33,353 bases of DNA from Octopus bimaculoides (taxonomy: Eukaryota), in the NCBI RefSeq assembly GCF_001194135.2, contig NC_068990.1, forward strand, positions 75,476,933 through 75,510,285. The letters are read 5' to 3'. The notes under the pieces are model-generated. The model did no database searches, was not told the DNA's origin, and was given only the letters and a program-made list of their open reading frames with translations. Of the stretch, positions 33,348 to 33,353 are shown piece by piece. A program made the position numbers and the translations under genes. The number at the start of each line of letters is the position of its first letter. Position 1 is the first letter of the stretch.

Positions 33348-33353
33348 CATATA

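Overview
AT-rich eukaryotic intergenic or intronic DNA, dense in microsatellites, with eight assembly gaps. The repeat complement resembles an octopus genome; this is an inference from remembered repeat families, not a database result. I found no host protein-coding exon, and nearly all ORFs in the track are microsatellite or N-gap artefacts. The window is a mosaic of mobile-element remains: an internally deleted IR/DR-type Tc1 (DD34E) transposon with TA target duplication, a Ty3/Gypsy RNase H fragment, a CR1-like LINE 3' end, two restriction-like-endonuclease (RLE) non-LTR 3' ends with (TAA)n tails, and many tRNA-derived SINEs of at least four families. The most striking signal is RNA-structural. 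A 126-bp inverted repeat (3492-3617 / 3945-4070) looks like a MITE, but its left arm encodes on the minus strand an apparently complete type I hammerhead ribozyme, and its right arm carries a decayed copy. At least five other hammerhead-core remnants occur in the window, one inside the tail of a tRNA-headed SINE. This points to repeated Penelope-like (PLE) terminal-repeat activity and possibly a ribozyme-bearing SINE. SINE and LINE 3' tails are also shared within the window.
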